Positions 39,313 through 48,440 of a DNA stretch of 64,000 nt are shown one piece after another. Under the pieces are notes generated by a model, which made no database searches, was not told the DNA's origin, and saw only the letters and a list, made by a program, of their open reading frames with translations. Position numbers and translations under genes: made by a program. The stretch is from a virus: IMG/VR virus record IMGVR_UViG_3300027762_000001, one strand, 5' to 3'. How positions within the stretch are numbered: position 1 is the first letter of the stretch; each line of letters begins with the position of its first letter.

Positions 39313-39609
39313 ATGGAAACATTAATTCATTTTAACAGATTAGATGTATTAGAAAACGTTATCATCAAAAGTGGACTATCTGGTAAATTAAATATTACAA
39401 AGTCACTAATTGAAAAATGGAAAAGAGAAGAAATTATACCTAGAGGAGATTTTTATGGAATATGTCTAGCCATACTATGTTTTACTAAAGAGCATAAAAG
39501 TACTATAACTGAAGAACTAGTACTTGAACTTCTAGGATGTGTAAAAACACAAGACCATGCATTGTCAGTAAAATGTCTAAATAAAATTGCAGATGTTTTA
39601 TGTAAGTAG
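39313..39609 (+). CDS. hypothetical protein
   Basis: AGGAG RBS before ATG (METLIHF). Confidence 0.6.
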   Translation: METLIHFNRLDVLENVIIKSGLSGKLNITKSLIEKWKREEIIPRGDFYGICLAILCFTKEHKSTITEELVLELLGCVKTQDHALSVKCLNKIADVLCK

Positions 39610-39627
39610 GAAGGAATAGGTGATTTT

Positions 39628-40938
39628 ATGAAAAAATTAACAATGGTATTTTTAGTAACAATAATAACTGCAACATTCGGAGCTATAAGTTTTGCAGATT
39701 CACCACTTAGTTCAACAGATTTTTACAGAGCATATAATGATAAAGAAATGGTTCATTATGCTATAAAAGTAGGAGTAGTTGATGAGGTTATAGCTAAATA
39801 TTTAAGTATTAGTGAATATGATATAAATGTCGAATTTCGCCCAACAACTGAAGAAAAATTAGCAGTTATAAATGCAATATATTTAAGTGCTAGTAATTTT
39901 AATAGAACTGGAAATGCTGATAGGTTTTTAAAGATAGTATATAATTTGACACTAGAAGATATCGGAAAAGATTTAGGATATTTTTATTACATGAACAGAT
40001 TTAAATCAAAAGAGGATTCCAAAAAAACTCTAATAAGAGAAGATGAGTGTCTTGCATATTTAATGGCTATGGACGATTTACAGGGAGCACATGGTTATAA
40101 AACTGGGCCTAATTATGCTGAAGATGAAAAACTACATCCTCTAGAAGTTATATCATTAAATTATGAAAGTAGCTTCTCTAAAAACATTATTCGCGCATTA
40201 ATAATGGCCCAATATAAAGCAGACAGTAGACATCATGAAAATGAAGAAAGTAAAATATGGTCTCCTATTGAAGATGTAATTTATAATAATTATACCGATG
40301 GAGGATATAGCAATTATACTAAACACGAAGATGAGTTAATTGAAGATATGAGACCTGAGGCAGCATCTATAATATATGAATATATGCAAATATATGATAC
40401 ATATTCTGCAGAATCTAAAGTCAATCCATTCTTACCAGGTGCAAAATGGGATGTCAAAGAGGGAATGTGGGATGGTTCGCAAGCAATAGTTGGAACAATT
40501 TATTACCCTTACTATGAGGAGTACTATAGATATTATGAAAAAACAGAAAACATTATGATGACTAAGGGAAAATATATTGCTGAAAACGATACCGATGAAC
40601 AAGAACCTATAGTAGAAGAAGAAGCGGAAGAAATTTATGAAGAAACTTATGAAGAAACTTATGAAGAACCTAAAAAAGAAACTTGGTATGATAGACGTTT
40701 AAGAGAAATAGAAGAAGAAAAGGCAAATGCAAAATTTAAAGATGTTAATAATAATCATTGGGCAAAAGAAGATATAAACAAAATGTCGGAAGTAGGAGTT
40801 ATTAAAGGAAAAAGCGATGGAAAGTTTGACCCTAATGGAACTATCACAAGAGCAGAAGCTGCAACATTAATGAATAGACTAATGGAACATATAATAAAAA
40901 CATTAACTGAAATGCTTACTCAACTCCTTTCGAGATAA
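39628..40938 (+). CDS. secreted protein with C-terminal S-layer homology (SLH) domain
   Basis: Signal peptide ending ISFA; FKDV...HWA..I..M...GVIKG..DGKFDPNGTITRAEAA. Confidence 0.85.
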   Translation: MKKLTMVFLVTIITATFGAISFADSPLSSTDFYRAYNDKEMVHYAIKVGVVDEVIAKYLSISEYDINVEFRPTTEEKLAVINAIYLSASNFNRTGNADRFLKIVYNLTLEDIGKDLGYFYYMNRFKSKEDSKKTLIREDECLAYLMAMDDLQGAHGYKTGPNYAEDEKLHPLEVISLNYESSFSKNIIRALIMAQYKADSRHHENEESKIWSPIEDVIYNNYTDGGYSNYTKHEDELIEDMRPEAASIIYEYMQIYDTYSAESKVNPFLPGAKWDVKEGMWDGSQAIVGTIYYPYYEEYYRYYEKTENIMMTKGKYIAENDTDEQEPIVEEEAEEIYEETYEETYEEPKKETWYDRRLREIEEEKANAKFKDVNNNHWAKEDINKMSEVGVIKGKSDGKFDPNGTITRAEAATLMNRLMEHIIKTLTEMLTQLLSR

Positions 40939-40988
40939 CATAATCTTAATTAATCTTGGAGCTTTATGCTCTTTTTTTTTCGTCATTA

Positions 40989-41006
40989 TAGTATAAGAAA
41001 TAAAAG
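40989..41006 (+). promoter_or_regulatory. conserved phage promoter-like motif
   Basis: TAGTATAAGAAATAAAAG after a terminator at 40959-40980. Confidence 0.75.
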
Positions 41007-41036
41007 AAAGATAAATTAAAAAGGGGTGAAAAATAA

Positions 41037-41654
41037 GTGAGAAAGGATGAGCAAAAAGAGAATCTTAAAGAGATCTTTAGTCTTTTAATTGAGGATGAGA
41101 AAGAGAAAAAATTAGCAAATGGCAACAGGAGTAGAGTTTCTGGTAAAAGCCATATGAGAACGCCTGTTGACTTTTTAACTGGCAAAGAAAAAGAGGAGTA
41201 TATGAAAAATGGAGAGGTGGTTGTGTATAACATGAAATATGATGACTTGAAATATGAGGAATTTAAGCTGTTAGAGAAAGAGGAAAAGAAAAAAGCATTT
41301 CTTTATCTTTGCGATGTATTTAAAGGTAACTTTGATGACATTGCAAAGCATTTAGGATGTGCAAAGAAAAAGATATATGACATTAGATACACTCTTGGTA
41401 TAACAGAAAAAAATGTAAACTATAAAAGAAAAAATATGAAAAAGGCGGATACTAAAGTGGATGTAAAGGCAGATATAAAAGTGGATACAAAAGTTAATGA
41501 AGTAAAAGTAGAGAGAAAAGTAGTTAGTACTTTCACATTAAACTTTGAAACTTCAGGAGAAAATTTAAAAGCAAGACTTGAGGGACTTTTGAAGATGGTT
41601 GGCGATGATGGTACTTATAGTCTTAATTTGGAGTTTAAGGAGTATGAGAAATGA
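41037..41654 (+). CDS. hypothetical protein with possible HTH
   Basis: FDDIAKHLGCAKKKIYDIRYTLGI. Confidence 0.6.
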   Translation: MRKDEQKENLKEIFSLLIEDEKEKKLANGNRSRVSGKSHMRTPVDFLTGKEKEEYMKNGEVVVYNMKYDDLKYEEFKLLEKEEKKKAFLYLCDVFKGNFDDIAKHLGCAKKKIYDIRYTLGITEKNVNYKRKNMKKADTKVDVKADIKVDTKVNEVKVERKVVSTFTLNFETSGENLKARLEGLLKMVGDDGTYSLNLEFKEYEK

Positions 41655-42031
41655 AATTTAAAAAGAAAAATTGGCTTACAATTAGTATAATAAAGCTTAT
41701 AATGTTTCTCACAAAAAATATTAAGACTGTAGTTCTACTTGGATACTTGTCAGCAGTTATGATAACAACTCATGCATTTTTATATCAATGGCAATTAGGC
41801 GCTATACTTTATATGATATTTGGTCTTTTACATGTAATATCTATATATAATTTAAGGAAAGATGTGCCTCCAGATTCCGATGAGTTTTCTGAAGAAGTAG
41901 ATCCAGTATTAGATTCTATAGAAACAGATAAGGCATATGCTATGATGTTCATTGTGGCGCAAGGAAGTCAATGGCCTATTTTCATATTTTATCTATTAAG
42001 TGGTATGAAAAATGGGGGCGTAAGAAAATGA
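41651..42031 (+). CDS. membrane protein, paralog of 43314-43631
   Basis: WQLG..YM.FG..HV..IY...KDVPP...LD..E.DK..AM.F...WP is shared. Confidence 0.7.
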   Translation: MKFKKKNWLTISIIKLIMFLTKNIKTVVLLGYLSAVMITTHAFLYQWQLGAILYMIFGLLHVISIYNLRKDVPPDSDEFSEEVDPVLDSIETDKAYAMMFIVAQGSQWPIFIFYLLSGMKNGGVRK

Positions 42032-42588
42032 GTAAGATTGATACATTCCTTTCTAACTTAACAAATATAAGAAATTTATTAGGTTTAACTCAAGATGAAT
42101 TAGCGGAATATTCTAAAATATCAAAACCTGTCCTGATAAGACTAGAGGCTTATAGATTAGAATCAAATAGGGAAGATGAATGCAAGATTGGGGCGCTAGA
42201 AAAAAGAAACATGATAACTGTGATGACGTTTATAATTTATGCAATATTTAATATTAATAAAATTGCTAAAAAAAATAAAGTATACATTAAAAATACTGTT
42301 ATTGAGCCAACAATAAAAAGAATAAATAAATCAATAAAATTCCACATTAAAACAGATGATATTGATAATGATATTCCTTTTAGCCTAGAAGAAATTATTA
42401 TACATCTTAATTCTAAGAAAGAAACAATATTAACAAATTATATTTTAGTTGGCTTATTTAATAATATAGCTCCACTAATCAATAAGCCAACTATATCTGA
42501 TGAGTTAATATTCGGTGAAAAAATTGATACAAGTAAATATTTAAATCCTATGGATTTAATTGAGTTCCTTTATGAGGGAGGAGAATAA
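42028..42588 (+). CDS. XRE-family HTH protein
   Basis: IRNLLGLTQDELAEYSKISKPVLIRLE. Confidence 0.65.
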   Translation: MSKIDTFLSNLTNIRNLLGLTQDELAEYSKISKPVLIRLEAYRLESNREDECKIGALEKRNMITVMTFIIYAIFNINKIAKKNKVYIKNTVIEPTIKRINKSIKFHIKTDDIDNDIPFSLEEIIIHLNSKKETILTNYILVGLFNNIAPLINKPTISDELIFGEKIDTSKYLNPMDLIEFLYEGGE

Positions 42589-42591
42589 TAA

Positions 42592-42879
42592 ATGAAACTA
42601 TATAAGTTTATACAAGATGCATCCTTAGTAGAGTTTAAAGAAAATACAATGGATAATATAGAACCTGGAAACTTCGGATATTTAATTGATGATTTTGAAT
42701 ATGCGGTGAAATTTATGACGGAAAATCCAGACTTATACCCATACACACTGGTAGCAGGAGACTATGGCAGTGCTTATATTATAAGTGGATGGCACATAGT
42801 CAATAGGATTGCATATTGCTTTGGGGAAGTAGATGTAGGAGAGGTAGAAGTTGAATACTGGGAAGAAGATGAGAATTAG
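42592..42879 (+). CDS. acidic hypothetical protein
   Basis: GGAGG RBS. Confidence 0.65.
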   Translation: MKLYKFIQDASLVEFKENTMDNIEPGNFGYLIDDFEYAVKFMTENPDLYPYTLVAGDYGSAYIISGWHIVNRIAYCFGEVDVGEVEVEYWEEDEN

Positions 42880-42891
42880 GAGATGATATTT

Positions 42892-42990
42892 ATGTTTTTA
42901 GTATTTGAAATAATAGCTTCAGCAGTTATATCTTTAGTCTTAGCGATAATATTCTTACCTTATATTAATTTTAAAAAAAGGATAAAGTGA
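42892..42990 (+). CDS. 32-aa single-TM peptide, not in ORF track
   Basis: AGGAG RBS; MFLVFEIIASAVISLVLAIIFLP... Confidence 0.5.
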   Translation: MFLVFEIIASAVISLVLAIIFLPYINFKKRIK

Positions 42991-43000
42991 GGTTGTAAAA

Positions 43001-43324
43001 ATGTGGTATGAAATAGGAAGTTTAATAAGAAAAAGAAGACAGCATTTAAAATTAACATACGGCGAATTAGGAAGAAAATCTGGTACTAGAATACATTCAA
43101 TTCAAAGCTATGAAAAAAATAATATAAAAAATATGTCAGTTGAAAAATTAATCAAAATAGCCGATGCCCTAGATGTAAAAATGAGCTACTTCTTCGGTGA
43201 AAATAATTTTGATAAATTGAAAAATCATGTCGGACATAATATTGTATGCGTTAATTATAAAGACCAAAACATGGCAATTGAGTGTGAAACATGTAATGAG
43301 GTGTTGGTGGATTATGAGAGATAA
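43001..43324 (+). CDS. XRE-family HTH regulator with C-terminal HxxH/CxxC
   Basis: IRKRRQHLKLTYGELG...SIQSYE....N.SVEKLIKIADALDV. Confidence 0.75.
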   Translation: MWYEIGSLIRKRRQHLKLTYGELGRKSGTRIHSIQSYEKNNIKNMSVEKLIKIADALDVKMSYFFGENNFDKLKNHVGHNIVCVNYKDQNMAIECETCNEVLVDYER

Positions 43325-43631
43325 GTATAGAGTATTAATAATTTTAATTATTTACATAATGGCTTTAATATTAACACTCGTAACATTTATTTATAAATGG
43401 CAATTAGGTCTAATCACTTATATGGTCTTTGGTATGATACATGTTGTATATATTTATAGTGTATTTAAAGATGTACCACCAGAATATTTCAATCCTGAAG
43501 ATACGCTTCCAGAAATTTTAGATGCTGTAGAATCTGATAAAAAAATTGCCATGATATTTTGTATAGAACATTGTATCAAATGGCCTATGATGATTGAATC
43601 GCTAGTTGAGGGAGGAGTAATAGATGAATAA
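43314..43631 (+). CDS. membrane protein, paralog of 41651-42031
   Basis: Shared motifs; ATG 43314 after GAGGTG/GGTGG. Confidence 0.65.
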   Translation: MRDKYRVLIILIIYIMALILTLVTFIYKWQLGLITYMVFGMIHVVYIYSVFKDVPPEYFNPEDTLPEILDAVESDKKIAMIFCIEHCIKWPMMIESLVEGGVIDE

Positions 43632-43869
43632 TCAAGTGACACTTATATCTATTTCGATATATTTATTAATTGGCGCTACGATAGGATATTATGTTTATGA
43701 ATATTTTGTTTACAATGCTGACGATAGTGAATTAGATAGTGAAGCAAAGTTTGCAAGGAGCACACTTAGACATTCAAAAGAATCAAAACCATTGTTTATT
43801 ACTGTTGTTTCATTCTTCTGGTTGCCAATTCTAATTACAAATAAATTAAATAATAAAGAGGAGGAGTAA
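43624..43869 (+). CDS. small 2-TM protein (YLLIG...WLP family)
   Basis: GGAGG RBS; motif shared with 43874, 46284 and 48441. Confidence 0.7.
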   Translation: MNNQVTLISISIYLLIGATIGYYVYEYFVYNADDSELDSEAKFARSTLRHSKESKPLFITVVSFFWLPILITNKLNNKEEE

Positions 43870-43873
43870 ATTT

Positions 43874-44092
43874 ATGAGCTTGTTAGAAATATTTACTGTA
43901 GTATATTTATTGATTGGTATGTTTTATGGGCTTTATAACTTTAAAATATGCGTTAACTCTAAGGATGATAAGCGAAAAGAAGATATTGAACTTTTAAAAA
44001 GAAATTACCTTCAGCATCTATTTATAAGTACAATCTTCTGGCTACCATTTCTAATAAAAATATATTTAAATAAAGAGGAGATTGAAAAATGA
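43874..44092 (+). CDS. small 2-TM protein (YLLIG...WLP family)
   Basis: GGAGG RBS; YLLIG, FWLP. Confidence 0.7.
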   Translation: MSLLEIFTVVYLLIGMFYGLYNFKICVNSKDDKRKEDIELLKRNYLQHLFISTIFWLPFLIKIYLNKEEIEK

Positions 44093-44184
44093 AATTTATA
44101 ATAATAATTTCATTCATTGGGTTTGCAGCGTTGTCGCTTGTAGTTGCCGCAATGATTGAAACTATAAAAAGAGGAAGGCCTTAA
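44089..44184 (+). CDS. 31-aa single-TM peptide, not in ORF track
   Basis: GAGGAG RBS; MKFIIIISFIGFAALSLVVAAM...; ends in a terminator hairpin at 44175-44198. Confidence 0.5.
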   Translation: MKFIIIISFIGFAALSLVVAAMIETIKRGRP

Positions 44185-44214
44185 GGCCTTTTTATTTTTA
44201 AAGATTAAAACTGG

Positions 44215-44233
44215 TAGTATAAGGTATAAAAGG
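44215..44233 (+). promoter_or_regulatory. conserved phage promoter-like motif
   Basis: TAGTATAAGGTATAAAAGG. Confidence 0.7.
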
Positions 44234-44248
44234 AAAGGAGTTGGTAAT

Positions 44249-44395
44249 ATGGATAAGGCAGATAAAATTAAAGTATTAGAAAAAACACTTAATCAATACA
44301 AAAGAGAAAGAGAAGAAAATACAGATAAAGATAAAATTGAGCAGTTAGATAGAATAATTATTTATATGACTGATTTAATAGAACGTATAAATTAA
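44249..44395 (+). CDS. small hypothetical protein (48 aa), not in ORF track
   Basis: AAGGAG RBS, ATG 44249. Confidence 0.55.
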   Translation: MDKADKIKVLEKTLNQYKREREENTDKDKIEQLDRIIIYMTDLIERIN

Positions 44396-44411
44396 GAAAG
44401 GAGTGATATAG

Positions 44412-44618
44412 ATGAGTAAAGAGCATGAAGAAAAAATGAAAAAACTAAAGAGAATAGAGAAAGAAGTTGATGAAGAGCTTGACAATATAAATGGCCTCGA
44501 TAATTTAAACGAAAGGCTTGGAGCTATAAATGAGTTATTCAAGCGAGAAAATATTAAAGACATGTTTGGAAATAATAAAAAATCTATAAAAAGGCATGGA
44601 GAAGGAAAGGATGATTAA
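44412..44618 (+). CDS. small hypothetical protein
   Basis: AAGGAGTG RBS. Confidence 0.6.
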   Translation: MSKEHEEKMKKLKRIEKEVDEELDNINGLDNLNERLGAINELFKRENIKDMFGNNKKSIKRHGEGKDD

Positions 44619-44777
44619 ATGAATATTATTTTAATATGTATTATAGCATCTTTGATATTAGGGAGAATACTAAAATCATTTATGAAAATTCAAACAAGTA
44701 AAGTAAGCAAAAGTGTAGTCGATAATATTCCGCATTATAACTATCAGCCAAAATTATTTAATAGGGAGAGTGATTAA
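44619..44777 (+). CDS. small single-TM protein (52 aa), not in ORF track
   Basis: AAGGA RBS; MNIILICIIASLILGRIL... Confidence 0.5.
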   Translation: MNIILICIIASLILGRILKSFMKIQTSKVSKSVVDNIPHYNYQPKLFNRESD

Positions 44778-44778
44778 T

Positions 44779-44925
44779 ATGTTAAATATTATGGGTGAAA
44801 TACCAAAGTTAATAAAAAAATACGAGGAAGATAAAGAGTTTATAACTAAAAGATTTGACGAAATAGATAAAACATTAAAAGAGTTAAAAGAGTTAATTAA
44901 GGAAAATAAAAAGGAGGATGATTAA
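44779..44925 (+). CDS. small coiled-coil protein (48 aa), not in ORF track
   Basis: GGGAG RBS, ATG 44779. Confidence 0.5.
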   Translation: MLNIMGEIPKLIKKYEEDKEFITKRFDEIDKTLKELKELIKENKKEDD

Positions 44926-45219
44926 ATGTTTAAAAAAATTAAAGAAATAATCAATGATGTAATAGAAACTAACAGGATAAATAAAGAAATAGCTGCTGAA
45001 AATGAAAGACTCTTAAGGGAATCAGAAAAACCAATTGATTTAGGTCCTAGCTTTGAAGAATTAATAAATATGCCAGATTCTTCTGATGATTCCTTTGTCA
45101 GTAAAATAAATTCTAACTCAACAGAAGAAGAAATATCTAAGCGTCTAGAAGAAATAGAAGAAGAGCTAGATAAATTATGCGAAGATTTAGATTTAGATGA
45201 AGATGAAGAGGAGGAATAA
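44926..45219 (+). CDS. very acidic hypothetical protein
   Basis: GGAGG RBS; D/E-rich. Confidence 0.65.
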   Translation: MFKKIKEIINDVIETNRINKEIAAENERLLRESEKPIDLGPSFEELINMPDSSDDSFVSKINSNSTEEEISKRLEEIEEELDKLCEDLDLDEDEEEE

Positions 45220-45224
45220 AGAGG

Positions 45225-45527
45225 ATGAATAAGGATAAGCTTGTAGATTGTGATTTAAAATTATTTAGAGTAATCATAGGCTTAACACAAGAAAAATTAG
45301 CTAAGGAGCTAGATATAACAAGGCAAACTCTTACAAATCATGAAAGGAAAAAGAAGGTACCGAAAGCTTTATTTTTAGCAACTTGTCTTATAGCATCACT
45401 TGAGGTAGAAGATTCAAATAAAGCTGTATTGAGGGCTTTTCTTGAAAATGTAAATTCTACACTAGGAGATGAAGCCCTTAAAAATATGATAAGCCTATTG
45501 GGCGGAATGGAGGATGATGGAAAGTGA
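45225..45527 (+). CDS. XRE-family HTH protein
   Basis: LKLFR...GLTQEKLAKELDITRQTLTNHER. Confidence 0.75.
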   Translation: MNKDKLVDCDLKLFRVIIGLTQEKLAKELDITRQTLTNHERKKKVPKALFLATCLIASLEVEDSNKAVLRAFLENVNSTLGDEALKNMISLLGGMEDDGK

Positions 45528-45949
45528 GCTACAATAAAGAATACTATAAAAAAAATAAAGAAAACGAGAAAGAGCGTAAAGCAAGATGGTATAAAGAAAA
45601 TAAAAATCAGAGAAAAAAATATCAAAAAGAATATGATGATAAAAATAAGGAGAATAAGAAAGAATACTATCAGAAAAATAAAGAGAAAATAAATGAACAA
45701 AAAAAAGAATACTATCAGAAAAATAAGGAACGAATGAGGGAACAAAAAAAAGAATACTATCAGAAAAATAAAGAAAAAATAAATGAACGAATGAAAGAAT
45801 ATTGTCAGAAAAATAAGGAGCAAATAAAAGAATATTACCAAGAAAATAAAGAGAAAATGAAAGAATACTATCAGAAAAATAAGGAACGAGTGAAGGAACG
45901 AATGAAAGAATACTACAAGAAAAAGAAAGAAGGGAAATTAAGTGAATAA
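45524..45949 (+). CDS. repetitive charged helical protein (KEYYQKNKE repeats)
   Basis: About 8 imperfect KEYYQKNKE units. Confidence 0.65.
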   Translation: MSYNKEYYKKNKENEKERKARWYKENKNQRKKYQKEYDDKNKENKKEYYQKNKEKINEQKKEYYQKNKERMREQKKEYYQKNKEKINERMKEYCQKNKEQIKEYYQENKEKMKEYYQKNKERVKERMKEYYKKKKEGKLSE

Positions 45950-46283
45950 ACTAACTCTAGGCTTAATAAAAGGTAGACATGACATTAAACCTGTAACTGA
46001 CTACATATTTGAAGAAAGTGTCATAGAGCCTTTTGACTATGCTTATATGAGAAAAACAATACATCAAAAACTGGGCGACTGCAACTGTTTACATCTCTAC
46101 GTTACTGGACTTACTCAAGCTTTAATAGAAGTTGTTAATTACTGCATATTTAGCAATATTAAATTGACACTTTATCACTTTAATAGAGATACAAATAAGT
46201 ATGAGACTCAGGATGTTTTAACTGATGTTCATAAACACTTATTAATAGAAGGTGGGTATTTGAGGGAGTGGGAGGTGTTTTAA
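45942..46283 (+). CDS. hypothetical alpha/beta protein
   Basis: GRH...LYVTGLT.AL....N...LTLYH; function not recognised. Confidence 0.65.
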   Translation: MNKLTLGLIKGRHDIKPVTDYIFEESVIEPFDYAYMRKTIHQKLGDCNCLHLYVTGLTQALIEVVNYCIFSNIKLTLYHFNRDTNKYETQDVLTDVHKHLLIEGGYLREWEVF

Positions 46284-46514
46284 GTGCTATATGTATTGAT
46301 GTATTTACTAATAGGATTAGTCTTATCTATTTTAGATATAATAATCCCAACTTCCCCTAGAAGTAACGCTAATACTTACACTATATCAGGATATAGAATA
46401 GTTAGAATAATTATAGCGTGGCCTCTTTATGTGTTATTAGCACTTTTGTTGACATTTATAATGCTGTTAATGTTTACTATAGTTTTGATTGAAAAGATAA
46501 AAGAAAGGAAATAG
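46284..46514 (+). CDS. small membrane protein (YLLIG...WP family)
   Basis: GGAGG RBS; YLLIG, AWP. Confidence 0.65.
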   Translation: MLYVLMYLLIGLVLSILDIIIPTSPRSNANTYTISGYRIVRIIIAWPLYVLLALLLTFIMLLMFTIVLIEKIKERK

Positions 46515-46523
46515 GTGATAAAT

Positions 46524-47279
46524 ATGAATAAGAAAATTAAATTTGAGATTAAAAGTTATGTGGATAGAATACTTGACCTGGGAAGTCATTTTCAAAAAGG
46601 TGATGAAAGGCCTAAGCGTATGACTGTGAAGAAACTATTTAAGAGAGTTGAAGAACTGTGTAATCTTAAATTTGTTAAAGCTGAAAAACTTAATAAATGG
46701 TATGAAACTTCTGAGGTCAGCAGTGCAGAGTTATTCTACGCTTTATCGGCTTCTTTAGTGATAGCAATGACTGTAAGAAAAGAAAATAAATCTTTTGATA
46801 AAGCGAGTGATTTTATTACAGAACAAATCATTGAAGCTAACACAACAAAAAATATAGAAGACGCAAAAACAGCAATTAAAAATGTATTTGAATTAATGAT
46901 ATCTATTTTAAGTCTATATGCAGAAATCTATTCTAATTTAATTGTATTTAAAATATTATTTAAAAAATATCATGAAAAGATAAGGGAAAATGAGGAATAT
47001 GATTATCGATTGTTGGCCCTTGTTAGTGGATTTGATGAATCAAAAATAGAGGATCCTAAAGCTATTAAAGAAATAACTGCAAAGATTTCTGAAAAATTCA
47101 AAAATATAAAAACATATGATGAATTGATAGAAAATCTGGATAACATAAAAGTGAATTTATATATGGACAAAGTATCAACAGAGATGGTTATAGACGGGGA
47201 TACGAGAACAGCTACAGAATGTCGCTTAAATGCTGAGAGAATGATAGAAGTATTTAAGAATAAAGAAGCTAAATTATAG
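46524..47279 (+). CDS. hypothetical protein
   Basis: AGGTG RBS before ATG (MNKKIK). Confidence 0.7.
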   Translation: MNKKIKFEIKSYVDRILDLGSHFQKGDERPKRMTVKKLFKRVEELCNLKFVKAEKLNKWYETSEVSSAELFYALSASLVIAMTVRKENKSFDKASDFITEQIIEANTTKNIEDAKTAIKNVFELMISILSLYAEIYSNLIVFKILFKKYHEKIRENEEYDYRLLALVSGFDESKIEDPKAIKEITAKISEKFKNIKTYDELIENLDNIKVNLYMDKVSTEMVIDGDTRTATECRLNAERMIEVFKNKEAKL

Positions 47280-47280
47280 G

Positions 47281-47370
47281 TAATATAAACCCTTTGAGCA
47301 GTGAGCCCTTTATTACATTGCAAGTGTGTTGAATTTATTTACAATGCTTACTGCTCAATTTTATTTAATG
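47281..47370 (+). ncRNA. putative structured intergenic RNA element (copy 1)
   Basis: 13-bp stem 47294-47306/47346-47358 enclosing ATTGCAAGTGT; homologous to 48326-48420. Confidence 0.5.
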
Positions 47371-47389
47371 AAAGGAACAGGTGATATAT

Positions 47390-47887
47390 ATGGATATTAA
47401 AATCGTGGAAATGAGTTTAGGAGAAATTTCTAGAAGTGATTCAGGCTTACCAATGCTAGAGATAAAAGTGAAGTTAAATGAGGATAAAAAGACTTGCTAC
47501 TACTTAATGCCATTTAGAGGATATAAAATGCAAGTATGTGGCGACAAGAAAGGTCAATGTGATATAGCTTCTGGTATGGTGATAGGATTACAAAATATAC
47601 TACTTTGCACAAAAGGATACAAAGAAAAACATAATGAATTATTTGATAAACTAGGACACTGGACACCAATATGTAGTAATCATAGCTATAGTTCAGGAGA
47701 AGTAGCTGAAGTTCTATTTGAAGCATTAATAAATGAAACACTGTTAAAATGTATAGATAGGGTCAAGATTATAGCAAAGAGAGAAGAAGGCGGTAAAGTT
47801 GTAGTTGACTTTAATTATGACAAAAAGATTGTGCGAGAATTTAATGAAGAAGTTTACAAACACATTACTGATATTTGTAAGGACTAA
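47390..47887 (+). CDS. hypothetical protein
   Basis: AGGTG RBS before ATG 47390. Confidence 0.65.
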   Translation: MDIKIVEMSLGEISRSDSGLPMLEIKVKLNEDKKTCYYLMPFRGYKMQVCGDKKGQCDIASGMVIGLQNILLCTKGYKEKHNELFDKLGHWTPICSNHSYSSGEVAEVLFEALINETLLKCIDRVKIIAKREEGGKVVVDFNYDKKIVREFNEEVYKHITDICKD

Positions 47888-47974
47888 AATGGAAAAGGTT
47901 TAACAGGCAAGTTACAATAAATTTAATAACTTGCCTGTTATTTTTATTTAATGAAAGGAAAAAAGGTGATAAAT

Positions 47975-48328
47975 ATGAAGGATATATATAATAAAATATG
48001 TATACTATTAAAAATAGGTAAAAGAGAAGATGAGGTCAAACAAAGAATCTGGACAGACAGAGATAATAATCAGCATATTATATTTGGAGATATCAGTGAT
48101 GAGTATGCTGAAATTATATTATATAGCTTTTATCAGGGTGGCGACTTATGCCTTGTCAGAACTAGACAATCTCATGAGTTTCAGTTAAAACACAAACTAC
48201 CTTTAGTCTTCTCAGTTGTTACAATAGCAAGCATTATAGCTGAAGAAGGTGGCGTTAATGAGTGTACTTGTATGCATGTAGCTTGTACGCTTTCTGAATT
48301 GATTGCATTAATAAATAACTATAGATAA
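47975..48328 (+). CDS. hypothetical protein
   Basis: AGGTG RBS before ATG 47975; preceded by a 14-bp hairpin at 47901-47940. Confidence 0.6.
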   Translation: MKDIYNKICILLKIGKREDEVKQRIWTDRDNNQHIIFGDISDEYAEIILYSFYQGGDLCLVRTRQSHEFQLKHKLPLVFSVVTIASIIAEEGGVNECTCMHVACTLSELIALINNYR

Positions 48329-48420
48329 TATAAATCCTTTAAGCAGTGGACAATTCCTTCTAATATATTGCAAGTGTATCGGTACTTCGCTAACGTCCAC
48401 TGCTTAATTTTATTTAAAGA
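48326..48420 (+). ncRNA. putative structured intergenic RNA element (copy 2)
   Basis: 13-bp stem 48339-48351/48395-48407 enclosing ATTGCAAGTGT. Confidence 0.5.
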
Positions 48421-48440
48421 AAGGAAAAAAGGTGATAAAT

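Noticed and set aside
45942-46283. Ring nuclease or other anti-defence enzyme
   Set aside because: The small alpha/beta pattern with GRH is only vaguely suggestive and cannot be supported without a profile or structure search.
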